This document shows positions 40,753-49,708 of a stretch of DNA of 64,000 bases, in pieces (positions within the stretch are counted from its first letter, which is position 1; each line of letters begins with the position of its first letter). Position numbers and translations under genes: made by a program. Under the pieces are notes generated by a model. That model did no database searches, had not been told where the DNA came from, and was given only the letters and a program-made list of their open reading frames with translations. This DNA comes from Magnetococcales bacterium (GTDB lineage: Bacteria > Pseudomonadota > Magnetococcia > Magnetococcales > JADGCL01): contig JADGCL010000004.1 of assembly GCA_015229005.1 (NCBI GenBank), positions 6,314-70,313 of the forward strand, in the 5' to 3' direction.

Positions 40753-41033
40753 GGGTCCTTGCCCGGTGGTCGGGGAGGGGCCACCAGGGTCACCTCCGCA
40801 CCCGTCTCCTGGCGGGCGATTTCGGCCAGGGATCGGAAGAGAGCGAGGCGAGCATCGGCCTCGGCGGTATCCAGTTTTTCGATGGCATAGCCCGCATGCA
40901 CGAGGAGATAATCGCCGATTGCGGGGGATTCGACGAGCATCAATCCCACCCCGAAGCGGATGCCGTCCTGTTCGACCACTCCCATGCCGTTCTCTTCGAC
41001 GGCGACGAGCTGCATCGGCACGGCAAGGCACAT
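40749..41033 (-). CDS. hypC: hydrogenase assembly chaperone HypC/HupF family
   Basis: Begins MCLAVPMQLV, the invariant N-terminal Cys2 motif. 94 aa. Confidence 0.9.
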   Translation of the reverse strand: MCLAVPMQLVAVEENGMGVVEQDGIRFGVGLMLVESPAIGDYLLVHAGYAIEKLDTAEADARLALFRSLAEIARQETGAEVTLVAPPRPPGKDP

Positions 41034-41034
41034 G

Positions 41035-42264
41035 TCAGGGATTTCCTCCGGCGATCCAGGCTTGACCCAGTGCTATCCCGGCATCCCCGGTGGCAACCTG
41101 CCGATGGAAAAGGGGCGAACCCCCTCTTGAGGCAAGTTCGGGAATCACCAGTTCGCACAATACGGTATTGAAAAAAACGCCGCCGCTCAAGATTACGGTC
41201 GTGAGCCCCGTTCGAGCGATGCCCCAGGCGGCCATCTCCCCGATGGCCTGGGCCATCGCTCGATGGAAGGCCATGGCCCATTCGGCCCTTGCGGAGGCGG
41301 CCTCCCTTGCCGGCGCCTCTCCCCGGGGCATCTTACGAGCCGGCGGTGGCAGGCGAAACGCGGCGGACCAGTCGATCTCCAGAAGGCCCTCCGCCTCGCG
41401 GCGGGCAAAGCTCACGGTACGTTGGCAATCGTTGTCCGTCCAGCGCCGGGCTTCGGCCTCGAGGCGCATGGCCGCCTCGCCTTCGTGAGCGATGGTCGTA
41501 GGGGCCACCCCGAGCCAGGCGGCAAAGGCATCGAAGAGCCGCCCCGCCGCATGGCTGACCGGGGCAAGGACCCCCCGTCGACACTGATGAGCCCAAATTC
41601 CGGCCTCGGGCTCCGACACCCCGCAACTTTCCCGCCAGGCTGGTGGGGGCTCGATCCCGGCAGCCACCCAGCGCCCGACCAGTTGCCGGCGCGGCTCCCG
41701 GACGGCGGCATCGCCTCCCGGGAGCGGCACGGGGGCGAAGGTGCCCAGACGGCTGAAGCCGTCCGGTCCGATCCGCAGCAACTCCGCCCCCCAAAGACGA
41801 CCATCCGGGCCCCATCCCAGACCGTCGAACACCACCGCCAGTCCCGCCGCGAGGGCGTGTTCCGCCAGGCCTGCCGCGCCATGGGCATGGTGGTGTTGTA
41901 CCGCCACGACCGGAATCTCCCAGCTTGCGGCCAGACGGCGCCCCAGGATCGAGGGGAAGAGATCCGGGTGGAGATCCACCGCGATTACTTCGGGGGCCGT
42001 GGCCGGATCATCGCGGAGGTGGGCGACGGCCTCTTCCAGCCTTTGGCGTGCCTCAGGGTCGGAGAGCTCACCGGAGGGCGGTGAGAGGGTGATCGTCGAT
42101 CCGACTCCCAGGGCGATGCGGTTTTTGGCCTCGCTTCCCATCGCCAGGACCCGGCGCCGCAGGGGTTGGGGGAGGGTGATGATCGTTGCCAGGCCCGTGT
42201 CGAAGGGGGGCGGCAAAGCCCTGCTCGATATCGGGGAAGAGGGGATAACCCGGGAGCCACTCAC
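41035..42264 (-). CDS. hypF: short HypF: Kae1-like carbamoyltransferase domain only (about 409 aa)
   Basis: Matches the C-terminal half of HypF (LAMGSEAKNRIALG, VVAVQHHHAH, HAAGRLFDAFAAWLG, ILSGGVFFN). Proposed GTG start at 42264 overlaps the protease stop (GTGA). No acylphosphatase, Zn-finger or YrdC-like region is encoded in any frame nearby. Confidence 0.8.
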   Translation of the reverse strand: MSGSRVIPSSPISSRALPPPFDTGLATIITLPQPLRRRVLAMGSEAKNRIALGVGSTITLSPPSGELSDPEARQRLEEAVAHLRDDPATAPEVIAVDLHPDLFPSILGRRLAASWEIPVVAVQHHHAHGAAGLAEHALAAGLAVVFDGLGWGPDGRLWGAELLRIGPDGFSRLGTFAPVPLPGGDAAVREPRRQLVGRWVAAGIEPPPAWRESCGVSEPEAGIWAHQCRRGVLAPVSHAAGRLFDAFAAWLGVAPTTIAHEGEAAMRLEAEARRWTDNDCQRTVSFARREAEGLLEIDWSAAFRLPPPARKMPRGEAPAREAASARAEWAMAFHRAMAQAIGEMAAWGIARTGLTTVILSGGVFFNTVLCELVIPELASRGGSPLFHRQVATGDAGIALGQAWIAGGNP

Positions 42265-42869
42265 AGGAGTCCGGTTCCCTTTGCGGCGGGACTGCCTGGG
42301 CCGGTTCCCGGCGCCGCCTGCTCGGAGCGGATGAGCCAATTCTGCAACGCTTCCAGGAGAACTGGAAATCGGGCCGACATTTCGGTCGTGAGGCCCGAAT
42401 ACGGGGTCAGGGCAAACGGTTGTACACCGAAGATATCGATGGTGTGGGGGTATCCAAGGCCGACGGCGATGGCCAGGGCCTCGGCCAAACCCAGTCCATG
42501 GGTGGAGAGCGGGGAGAGGTGATCCCGGAGCTGCCCGCCCCGGAGCGAAAATGCCCGCCATGCCCCTGCTTCAAGCCCCATGTCGGCGCAATCGACGATG
42601 AGGAGCGGCCCCGGAAGGGTGGTCAGGTCATGGGCCAAGGTGAGGGCGTCGGCATCCTCCCAGAGCAGGGTGGTGATCGGACGGTAGTCCCTCATGGAGC
42701 CGGGAAGGGTCCTGGCAAGGGCCTCGACCAGGGCGAGACCTATCGCGTCATCGCCCGCCGCCCGGCTGCCGAGGCCAGCCACTGTCAGCCCAGGGTTGAC
42801 GCAGCCGACCAATTCGGTCGATGACAACACGGGTCTCCCTGGTGGCTTGGGCAGAGCTTCAATCGGCAA
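42261..42869 (-). CDS. hydrogenase maturation endopeptidase (HupD/HyaD/HybD family)
   Basis: GLGSRAAGDDAIG, IVDCADMG and STHGLGLAEAL correspond to the three metal-ligand regions of HybD-type proteases. First gene of the hyp operon. Confidence 0.85.
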   Translation of the reverse strand: MPIEALPKPPGRPVLSSTELVGCVNPGLTVAGLGSRAAGDDAIGLALVEALARTLPGSMRDYRPITTLLWEDADALTLAHDLTTLPGPLLIVDCADMGLEAGAWRAFSLRGGQLRDHLSPLSTHGLGLAEALAIAVGLGYPHTIDIFGVQPFALTPYSGLTTEMSARFPVLLEALQNWLIRSEQAAPGTGPGSPAAKGTGLL

Positions 42870-43338
42870 GGGTGATGTCCTGTCCGTGTCTCAAGCGGCA
42901 GATGCAGAGATCATAGGCTCTGAGGGGCATTTCCATAGGGAGCGCCAGTGCCTCCTGGGACATCGACGGCAACATCCATCACGACTCCTGGCAGGGTCCG
43001 CCCTTGGCAGCGAAAGATCAACCACTTTTTGAGCCGGGATGATTTTTCTCGATGATCTGGAAGGCGATCGGGTCGTTTCCCCATTGAATGTCCCAGGAAC
43101 AGGAAAGTTTCCGCGAAGCGGTCTCGGGATCAGCGGTTTCCAACTGCAAACAGGCTGTTCATGTGAGGGCAATTTCTCTATACTGCCGGGCCTCCCGACG
43201 CGATTGCCGGTGTTGGGAGCTTCGGGGCCTCCTTTTCCGGGGGGAGGTTTCCTGCCCGGGATCGGGTTCAGGGTGGGGCCCCGATGGAGGAAGGGAACTC
43301 CGTCTCACCACTGGTCGCATTGTCGGAATGGATCCGCC

Positions 43339-44856
43339 ATGGCAAAAACTTTTGTAATTGACCCCGTCACCCGCTTGGAGGGCCATCTCTCGGTCCGAAT
43401 CGAGGTGGCGGACGGCAAGGTGACCGAGGCCTATTGTCAGGGGGAGATGTTTCGGGGTTTTGAGCAGATTCTCCGGGGCCGGCACCCGATGGACGCGCAG
43501 CAGATCACCCAGCGTATCTGCGGGGTCTGTCCCATCTCCCACGGCATTGCCTCGGTTCTGGCCCAGGACGCTGCCTACAAGGTGTCGCCGCCCCCAAATG
43601 GCCGATTGTTGCGCAACCTTGTGCAGGCGGCGAACTACATTCAGTCGCACATAGTCCATTTCTACCTCCTTTCGGCGCTCGATTTTGTCGACATCACCGC
43701 CGTTCTGAAGTACACCGGCGACAGCCCTGTTATGGCCGATCTTCGCGGCTGGGTGGAGCGCCAGCTCAAGGAAAAGCTGATCTATCCGGCGGCCCCCTTT
43801 CTGCCGCGCTACGAGGGGAAATACCTGGCCGATGACGCGGCCAACTTCATGGCCATCCGCCACTACGTCGAGGCCCTGGAGATGCGCCAGACAGCCCACC
43901 AGATGGTCTCCCTTTTCGGCGCCAAGGTACCTCACTCGACGGCCCTTGTTCCTGGTGGTATCACCGAGAAGGTCACGGCTCGCGCCATCGTCGCCTACAA
44001 GTCCAAGCTGGAGAAATTGCGGACATTCATCCGCGATGCCTACCTTCCGGACGTGGTGCGGGTGGCGCAGGCGATGCCCGATTATTTTGAAATCGGCAAA
44101 GGCTGTGGCAACTTTCTGGCCTATGGGGTCTTTCCGGAAAGCGATGCGCCCGATGATGCCTTTTTTCCCTCGGGGGTATTGACGAAGGGTCAACTCCAGC
44201 CCCTGTCGACGGCGAAGGTGGCCGAGCACCTCAAATTCTCGAAGTTTGACGCTCGTGCCAGCGGTCGTCACCCGTACCAGGGGGAGACCATTGCCCAGCC
44301 CGCCAAGGAGGGGGCCTACACCTGGCTCAAGGCGCCGCGCTACGATGGGCAGGTCATGGAGGTCGGGCCACTGGCACGGATGCTGATTGCCTACCACTCG
44401 GGGAAACACCCCGAGATCGTGAAATCAGTCGACGCCCTGCTCGCTGCGGTAGGGGGCAAACCGGAACACCTCGATTCGGTCCTGGGGCGTCATGCGGCTC
44501 GGGCCTTGGAGTGCCAGATCGTTGCCGACAAGTGCCTCGACTGGCTTGCGGAACTCAAACCGCGTGAGTCAAGCTTCAACGAGTTCGAACTGCCGCAAAC
44601 GGGCGAGGGGGCCGGTCTCACGGAGGCTCCGCGTGGGGCGCTGGGACATTGGCTGGTCCTGGAGGAGAAGCGTATCAAGAGCTACCAGTGCATCGTACCG
44701 ACCACCTGGAACTGTTCTCCCCGGGACGACAAGGGAGTCCCCGGGGCGCTGGAACAGGCGATTGCCGGCACCCGTGTCGAGAGTCCCGAAAATCCCATCG
44801 AGGTGGCGCGGGTGGTTCGTTCATTCGATCCTTGCCTGGCTTGCGCGGTCCATTAA
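43339..44856 (+). CDS. [NiFe]-hydrogenase large subunit, 505 aa, ending exactly at DPCLACAVH
   Basis: Start at the ATG at 43339 (MAKTFVIDPVTRLEGH). N-terminal Ni-binding RICGVCPISH and C-terminal DPCLACAVH, followed directly by TAA (no cleavable extension). Confidence 0.93.
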   Translation: MAKTFVIDPVTRLEGHLSVRIEVADGKVTEAYCQGEMFRGFEQILRGRHPMDAQQITQRICGVCPISHGIASVLAQDAAYKVSPPPNGRLLRNLVQAANYIQSHIVHFYLLSALDFVDITAVLKYTGDSPVMADLRGWVERQLKEKLIYPAAPFLPRYEGKYLADDAANFMAIRHYVEALEMRQTAHQMVSLFGAKVPHSTALVPGGITEKVTARAIVAYKSKLEKLRTFIRDAYLPDVVRVAQAMPDYFEIGKGCGNFLAYGVFPESDAPDDAFFPSGVLTKGQLQPLSTAKVAEHLKFSKFDARASGRHPYQGETIAQPAKEGAYTWLKAPRYDGQVMEVGPLARMLIAYHSGKHPEIVKSVDALLAAVGGKPEHLDSVLGRHAARALECQIVADKCLDWLAELKPRESSFNEFELPQTGEGAGLTEAPRGALGHWLVLEEKRIKSYQCIVPTTWNCSPRDDKGVPGALEQAIAGTRVESPENPIEVARVVRSFDPCLACAVH

Positions 44857-44886
44857 GCGGAAGCGCTTGCCGGATATTCTTCGCCG

Positions 44887-44953
44887 ATGGGGCTGGCGCG
44901 GGATGATGGGGCCGGCGCGGGATGCGACAGTCCCGGACCAAGTCCCGAACCAA
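44887..44953. repeat. two short tandem duplications in the large/small subunit spacer
   Basis: 19-mer atggggcYggcgcgggatg x2 (44887-44924) and 12-mer gtcccgRaccaa x2 (44930-44953). Confidence 0.75.
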
Positions 44954-45015
44954 GTGGGATTGCCTTGCCGCTTATGCGGTCTCTCGGTACCACAGGATTG
45001 TGATCCCAGGGAGAT

Positions 45016-45969
45016 ATGGGAATGGCCATAATGAATCGACGCGATTTTTTGAGATTGGGCAGCCTTCTTGCTCTGTCGATGGGGCTCGGGGAGTCTCTGG
45101 CGCCGCGTCTCGCCGAAGCTCTGGAGGAGCTTACCCTGGGGCAGAATCCGATCCTGTGGTTGCAGAGTCAGGCCTGCTCGGGTTGTTCGGTCTCTTTTCT
45201 CAATTCCGATGATCCTGGGCCTGCGGAGCTCCTGACCACCTACATCAATCTCCTCTTCCACTCGACCGTTTCGACCGCGACCGGTGATCTGGCGGCCCAG
45301 GTTGTGAACGGTACGATCAAGAAGGGGGGATATTATCTGGTTGCCGAGGGAGCCCTGCCCGCTACCATGGAAGAGGCCTGCATCTTTGCCGGGGAGCCGA
45401 TGACCAAACTGGTCACCGAAGCCGCACGCAAGGCCAAGGCGGTGATCACCGTTGGCAGTTGCGCTTCCTGGGGCGGGGTCCCGGCGGCGGAAAACAATCC
45501 GACCGGGGCAACTTCGGTTCCCGACTATCTGGAGAAGCAAGGAGTCCACCCCACCTTGATCCGGCTCCCGGGATGCCCGGTCCATCCGGATTGGGTGGTG
45601 GGTACTCTGGCCCATGTTTTGGGCTTTGGACTGCCGGAGTTGGATCATTTCAAACGCCCGCTCATGTTCTACGGCAAGACCGTTCACGACCAGTGTCCCC
45701 GCTTCGCCTATCATGAGCGTGAACAATTCGCACGTTCGTTTGCCGAGGAGGGGTGCTTGTTCGAGCTGGGATGCGTCGGTCCCCGCTGTTTCGCCGATTG
45801 CCCGCAACGCTTGTGGAACTCCCGCACCAATTTTTGCATACGCGCGGGGGCGCCGTGCATTGGTTGCGCGAATGAGGATTTCGCCCGCCTGGCGAATTTC
45901 CCCTTTTATCCCAAGGGGATGGACTTTTCTCAGCGTCGCGAGATCGTGCTCCCCAAGGGGTTCAAATAG
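45016..45969 (+). CDS. [NiFe]-hydrogenase small subunit with twin-arginine signal peptide
   Basis: MNRRDFLRLGSLLALSMGLG Tat motif. Proximal cluster CSGCSVSF, GSCASWGG and PGCP. Medial/distal cluster HDQCPR and CLFELGCVGPRCFADCP..CIRAGAPCIGC. No C-terminal TM anchor. Three possible ATG starts at 45016-45031. Confidence 0.92.
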   Translation: MGMAIMNRRDFLRLGSLLALSMGLGESLAPRLAEALEELTLGQNPILWLQSQACSGCSVSFLNSDDPGPAELLTTYINLLFHSTVSTATGDLAAQVVNGTIKKGGYYLVAEGALPATMEEACIFAGEPMTKLVTEAARKAKAVITVGSCASWGGVPAAENNPTGATSVPDYLEKQGVHPTLIRLPGCPVHPDWVVGTLAHVLGFGLPELDHFKRPLMFYGKTVHDQCPRFAYHEREQFARSFAEEGCLFELGCVGPRCFADCPQRLWNSRTNFCIRAGAPCIGCANEDFARLANFPFYPKGMDFSQRREIVLPKGFK

Positions 45970-46043
45970 GTGATCCCAGGTCTGTATTGCGGTACGCGGT
46001 CGACGAATATTGACTCCGGCAGGGAACCGATGGCAGACGCAAA

Positions 46044-48185
46044 ATGAAACTTCAGACGAAGCTAATTTTATCGTTCATTGTCGGGTTGGTTGCCGTCATC
46101 AGCGTGGCACAGGTTGTCCAGTACTTTCGCATGACCCAGTTGGCCCAGGTCATGGCCGAGGCGAATACCCGCGAGGTTCGGCGGATGGTGGAGAAAAACG
46201 CCGTAAACGTTTTCACGGCTGTTGAACGCGCCATTGCTGTCTCGATGCAGCGGGGTGAAATGGAAAAGTTCGACCGAATGGTCCGGGAACAGGCCCAGGT
46301 GGCCGGGTTGGTGGAATTTTCACTGTACGACAAGGAAGGCAAGGTTTTCAGCTCCACCGCCTATCAAACCGATAAGCTCAAACTTCCTGAAAAGCACGCT
46401 TTACAGGTCAAGGGTGTGGTCGTTAGCAATAACTGTATCCGCTGTCATGATCCTGAAGACGTTGGCTTGCCAAGTCGTATGATTGGCGGAGAGTTGCTGA
46501 AGACTCTTCGAGCCCAAAAGGAAATGTGGCTTTCCCAGACGGCGGATGAGATCGAAATTTATCAGCCGCAGATTGTTGTTACCACTTGTACCCGTTGTCA
46601 TTCGGAATGGCGGGAGGGGGAAGCGGCAGGGTATACCCATTTCAAGTTTTCCAAGGCCGCTCTTCAGGAGCTTGAGGAGAAGGTCGAGGAATCATTGATG
46701 ACAATTCAGGATGCTATTCTGAATTTCAGTTTTCTGTTGATTATTGGTATTGTTATGGTTCTTACGCCTCTGGCTTTTTTCTACACCCGTCATGCACTGG
46801 TCCTGCGTCTCCAACATCTCGGGGAGCAGGTCCAGGCTATTGCCAAGGGCGATCTTTCCCGGCGTATTCCTCTTGCGGCTCGTCTGGACGAGATTTCGCT
46901 GATTGCCAGCCATGTCAATACCATGGCTGACAGTCTGGCCAAAACGGCGGCCTCGGTGGGGGATCAGGCGGGGACGGTCGCTTCGGTGGTCAGCCGTTTC
47001 GAGGATGCCCGTCAGGCTCTTGGGGAGAAGGCCCAACGTACCAATGATCTGGCCCTCACTGCCCTTGGGGAAAATGAGCAGCTGGTAAGTGAGATCCGCA
47101 CCATGCAGGAGGAGGTGACCCGTGCCACGGGCAATATCGACGCGATTTCCCAATCGGTCGAGGCCCTTTCCGGTAACGTCAATACTGTCGCTTCCGCCGC
47201 CAATCAGGCCAGTCAGAATGTTACCACCATGGCCTCTGCGGCGGAGCAGATGACCTCCAATGTGGCCGAAGTCAATTCCAGTCTGGTGAGCGTCAACGAT
47301 TCGGTGGCCCGGGTGGCCCACTCCGTCCAGGAGATGACCCATTCCCTGGGCGAGGTCAGGCGACGTTGCCAGGACGCGAGTCAGAAATCCAATGAGGCCG
47401 ATAAACATGCTCGTGCCGCCGAGTCGGTGATGAGTCGTCTTTCCGATTCGGCGATCGAGATCGGCAAGGTGGTCGAGTTGATCAACAACATCGCTGAGCA
47501 AACCAACATGCTTGCCTTGAACGCCTCCATCGAGGCTGCCGGGGCAGGAGAATCCGGCAAGGGATTCGCGGTGGTGGCCAACGAGGTCAAGGAGCTGGCG
47601 CGGCAGACCACCAGCGCCACCCGGATCATCGATGAGCGCATTGCCGACATGCAGGAGAGTTCGCGGCAGGCCTCCCTTTCGGCCCACGAGATCGCCCAGG
47701 TTGTCAGCGACATCAACTGGGCCAATAACGACATCGCCGAGGCCGTGGATCTGCAATCGCGGTCGGCTGAGCAGATTTCCGGCTCCACCCGGAACGTCGC
47801 CGAGGCTGCCGCTTCCGTGACTCGCAATGCCCTTGAACTGGAACACGCCGTTCAGGACGTGGCTCGGGCGGCCTCCGAGGCGGCTGCCGGAACTGCCGAG
47901 ATTGCCCGATCTTCCTCCGAAATGGCCAGTCAGGCCGAGGAGGTTTCGGTCCAGAGCCTGGGGGCGCGTACCTTGATGCAATCGGCGTCTTCGAGTACGG
48001 AAAGGACGTTCCAGTTCTCGACCGGTGTACAGAGCAGGATGGAAGAGGCCTGTGAGTTGGCTACGGGGATGAATGCTTCGGTCCGTGAATTGGGGGCCCT
48101 GGCCGAGGTGATGCAGGAGAGTTCATCCCAGCTCGAGGCGGCGCGGAACGAACTGGACCGGGTTGCCGGTGTTCAAGGGGTGTGA
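46044..48185 (+). CDS. methyl-accepting chemotaxis protein with a periplasmic domain carrying two CxxCH c-haem motifs
   Basis: TM1 ([19 protein letters not shown]). Periplasmic region of about 195 aa with CIRCH (46434-46448) and CTRCH (46587-46601). TM2, HAMP, and the MCP signalling hairpin [35 protein letters not shown]. Confidence 0.93.
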   Translation: MKLQTKLILSFIVGLVAVISVAQVVQYFRMTQLAQVMAEANTREVRRMVEKNAVNVFTAVERAIAVSMQRGEMEKFDRMVREQAQVAGLVEFSLYDKEGKVFSSTAYQTDKLKLPEKHALQVKGVVVSNNCIRCHDPEDVGLPSRMIGGELLKTLRAQKEMWLSQTADEIEIYQPQIVVTTCTRCHSEWREGEAAGYTHFKFSKAALQELEEKVEESLMTIQDAILNFSFLLIIGIVMVLTPLAFFYTRHALVLRLQHLGEQVQAIAKGDLSRRIPLAARLDEISLIASHVNTMADSLAKTAASVGDQAGTVASVVSRFEDARQALGEKAQRTNDLALTALGENEQLVSEIRTMQEEVTRATGNIDAISQSVEALSGNVNTVASAANQASQNVTTMASAAEQMTSNVAEVNSSLVSVNDSVARVAHSVQEMTHSLGEVRRRCQDASQKSNEADKHARAAESVMSRLSDSAIEIGKVVELINNIAEQTNMLALNASIEAAGAGESGKGFAVVANEVKELARQTTSATRIIDERIADMQESSRQASLSAHEIAQVVSDINWANNDIAEAVDLQSRSAEQISGSTRNVAEAAASVTRNALELEHAVQDVARAASEAAAGTAEIARSSSEMASQAEEVSVQSLGARTLMQSASSSTERTFQFSTGVQSRMEEACELATGMNASVRELGALAEVMQESSSQLEAARNELDRVAGVQGV

Positions 48186-48543
48186 TTCGGGACGGGGTGC
48201 AATCGGCCTGGCGCAAGGGGGCCTGTCGCCGGGTGATGAGAGCCGTCGGGATGGATCACGGGTGATCCAAAGGGATTCCTTCCTCCTGCCCCCATTGTCG
48301 CAGGATCTCCAGACCTTGCCATCGAAACCAGGGACGCGGTGACCTTGACGGTCTGTCGATAAACGGGCGGAGTCTTCCACGGATGGTCGGCAAAATTCAA
48401 TGGGACGGTGTAACCCGGCGAATTTGGGTGGGAGGGAGGAACCGGCTTTTGCCCTCCCGGATTGAAGCGGAGTTGAGCCGAATCGGATAACAACCATGAG
48501 TGGACGATGCGCGGTCGCCGCCCGCCGGTCTGTGGGGGCGAAG

Positions 48544-49578
48544 ATGGGTTTCTTCGAGCGTTGGCTGACCCTGTGGGTGGGCCTGTGCATCGTGGTCGGG
48601 ATTCTCCTCGGTCATTTGCTCCCGGGGCCTTTCCGGCAGGTGGGAAGCCTGGAGGTGGCCCGGGTCAATCTGCCGGTGGCGTTTCTCATCTGGCTGATGA
48701 TCGTGCCCATGTTGCTGAAAATCGACTTTCGTGCCCTGCACCGGGTCAAGGAGCATTGGCGGGGGGTTGGGGTCACCCTGTTCATCAATTGGGGGGTCAA
48801 ACCCTTCTCCATGGCGTTGCTGGGATGGTTGTTTATCGCGCATCTGTTCCGCCCCTGGTTGCCGGAAGGGCAGATCGACTCCTACATCGCCGGATTGATC
48901 ATCCTGGCCGCCGCGCCCTGCACCGCCATGGTTTTCGTCTGGAGTCACCTCACCGAGGGCGAGCCCCACTTCACCCTGAGTCAGGTGGCCCTGAACGATT
49001 TGATCATGGTCGTTGCCTTCGCGCCTATCGTTGGGCTGCTGCTGGGGTTGTCGGCCATCACCGTGCCGTGGGAGACGCTGCTGCTCTCGGTGGGGTTGTT
49101 CATCGTCGTGCCGGTCATCGTGGCTCAGGGATGGCGGTTCAAGCTGCTGGCCAGCGGCGGTCAGGAAGCCTTGGACGCTACCCTCAAGGTCCTGCATCCA
49201 GTCTCCCTGACGGCGTTGCTGGCCACCCTGGTGCTGTTGTTCGGGTTCCAGGGAGAGCAGATTCTGGCCCAACCCATGGTCATCCTGTTGCTGGCGGTTC
49301 CCATTCTGATCCAGGTCTATTTCAACGCCGGTCTCTCCTATTGGCTCAACCGCAAGCTGGGCGAGGCCCACAACGTGGCCGCGCCCTCGGCCCTCATCGG
49401 GGCCAGCAATTTCTTCGAGCTGGCGGTGGCCACCGCCATCGGTCTGTTCGGTTTCGAATCCGGTGCGGCCCTGGCCACGGTGGTGGGGGTATTGGTGGAG
49501 GTGCCGGTGATGCTCTCGGTGGTGCGCATCGCCATCGCCAGCCGGGACTGGTACCAGCGGGGCGCGGCCCACGGTTGA
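48544..49578 (+). CDS. acr3: ACR3-family arsenite efflux permease
   Basis: MGFFERWLTLWVGLCIVVGILLG..VNLPVAFLIWLMIVPMLLKIDF is the typical Acr3 N-terminus. About 10 TM segments. Confidence 0.9.
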   Translation: MGFFERWLTLWVGLCIVVGILLGHLLPGPFRQVGSLEVARVNLPVAFLIWLMIVPMLLKIDFRALHRVKEHWRGVGVTLFINWGVKPFSMALLGWLFIAHLFRPWLPEGQIDSYIAGLIILAAAPCTAMVFVWSHLTEGEPHFTLSQVALNDLIMVVAFAPIVGLLLGLSAITVPWETLLLSVGLFIVVPVIVAQGWRFKLLASGGQEALDATLKVLHPVSLTALLATLVLLFGFQGEQILAQPMVILLLAVPILIQVYFNAGLSYWLNRKLGEAHNVAAPSALIGASNFFELAVATAIGLFGFESGAALATVVGVLVEVPVMLSVVRIAIASRDWYQRGAAHG

Positions 49579-49645
49579 CGCCATTTTGCGTTCCGTTCTC
49601 TGGATTGTCTCCTTCGATCGTGAAAGCGGCGTGCCGTCGGTCTGA

Positions 49646-49667
49646 CGCCCCGGGTTGCCCCGGGGCG
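49646..49667. terminator. 9-bp GC stem / tetraloop hairpin between the convergent acr3 and rubrerythrin genes
   Basis: CGCCCCGGG-ttgc-CCCGGGGCG. No flanking U tract on either strand, so intrinsic-terminator status is uncertain. Confidence 0.4.
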
Positions 49668-49708
49668 ATGATTGAGACCGGCTCCTCGTCCGCCGGGGTC
49701 GGGTGGGG

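Noticed and set aside
42989-43010. TGGCAG...TTGGCAG, as a possible sigma-54 promoter for the hydrogenase genes
   Set aside because: The spacing and the -12 element (TTGC) do not fit TGGCAC-N5-TTGC.
43156-43184. TGTTCA-N17-TATACT, a sigma-70-like promoter upstream of the large-subunit gene
   Set aside because: It is a plausible match, but a single hexamer-pair match in a 470-bp intergenic region is not significant without transcript mapping, so it is not reported as a feature.
43039-43338. 100-codon N-terminal extension of the hydrogenase large-subunit ORF
   Set aside because: [NiFe] large subunits begin a few residues before the RLEGH motif. The extension is low-complexity and lies in the divergent promoter region.
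43339-44856. Possibility of a selenocysteine ([NiFeSe]) large subunit
   Set aside because: There is no in-frame TGA, and the C-terminal motif is the all-Cys DPCLAC.
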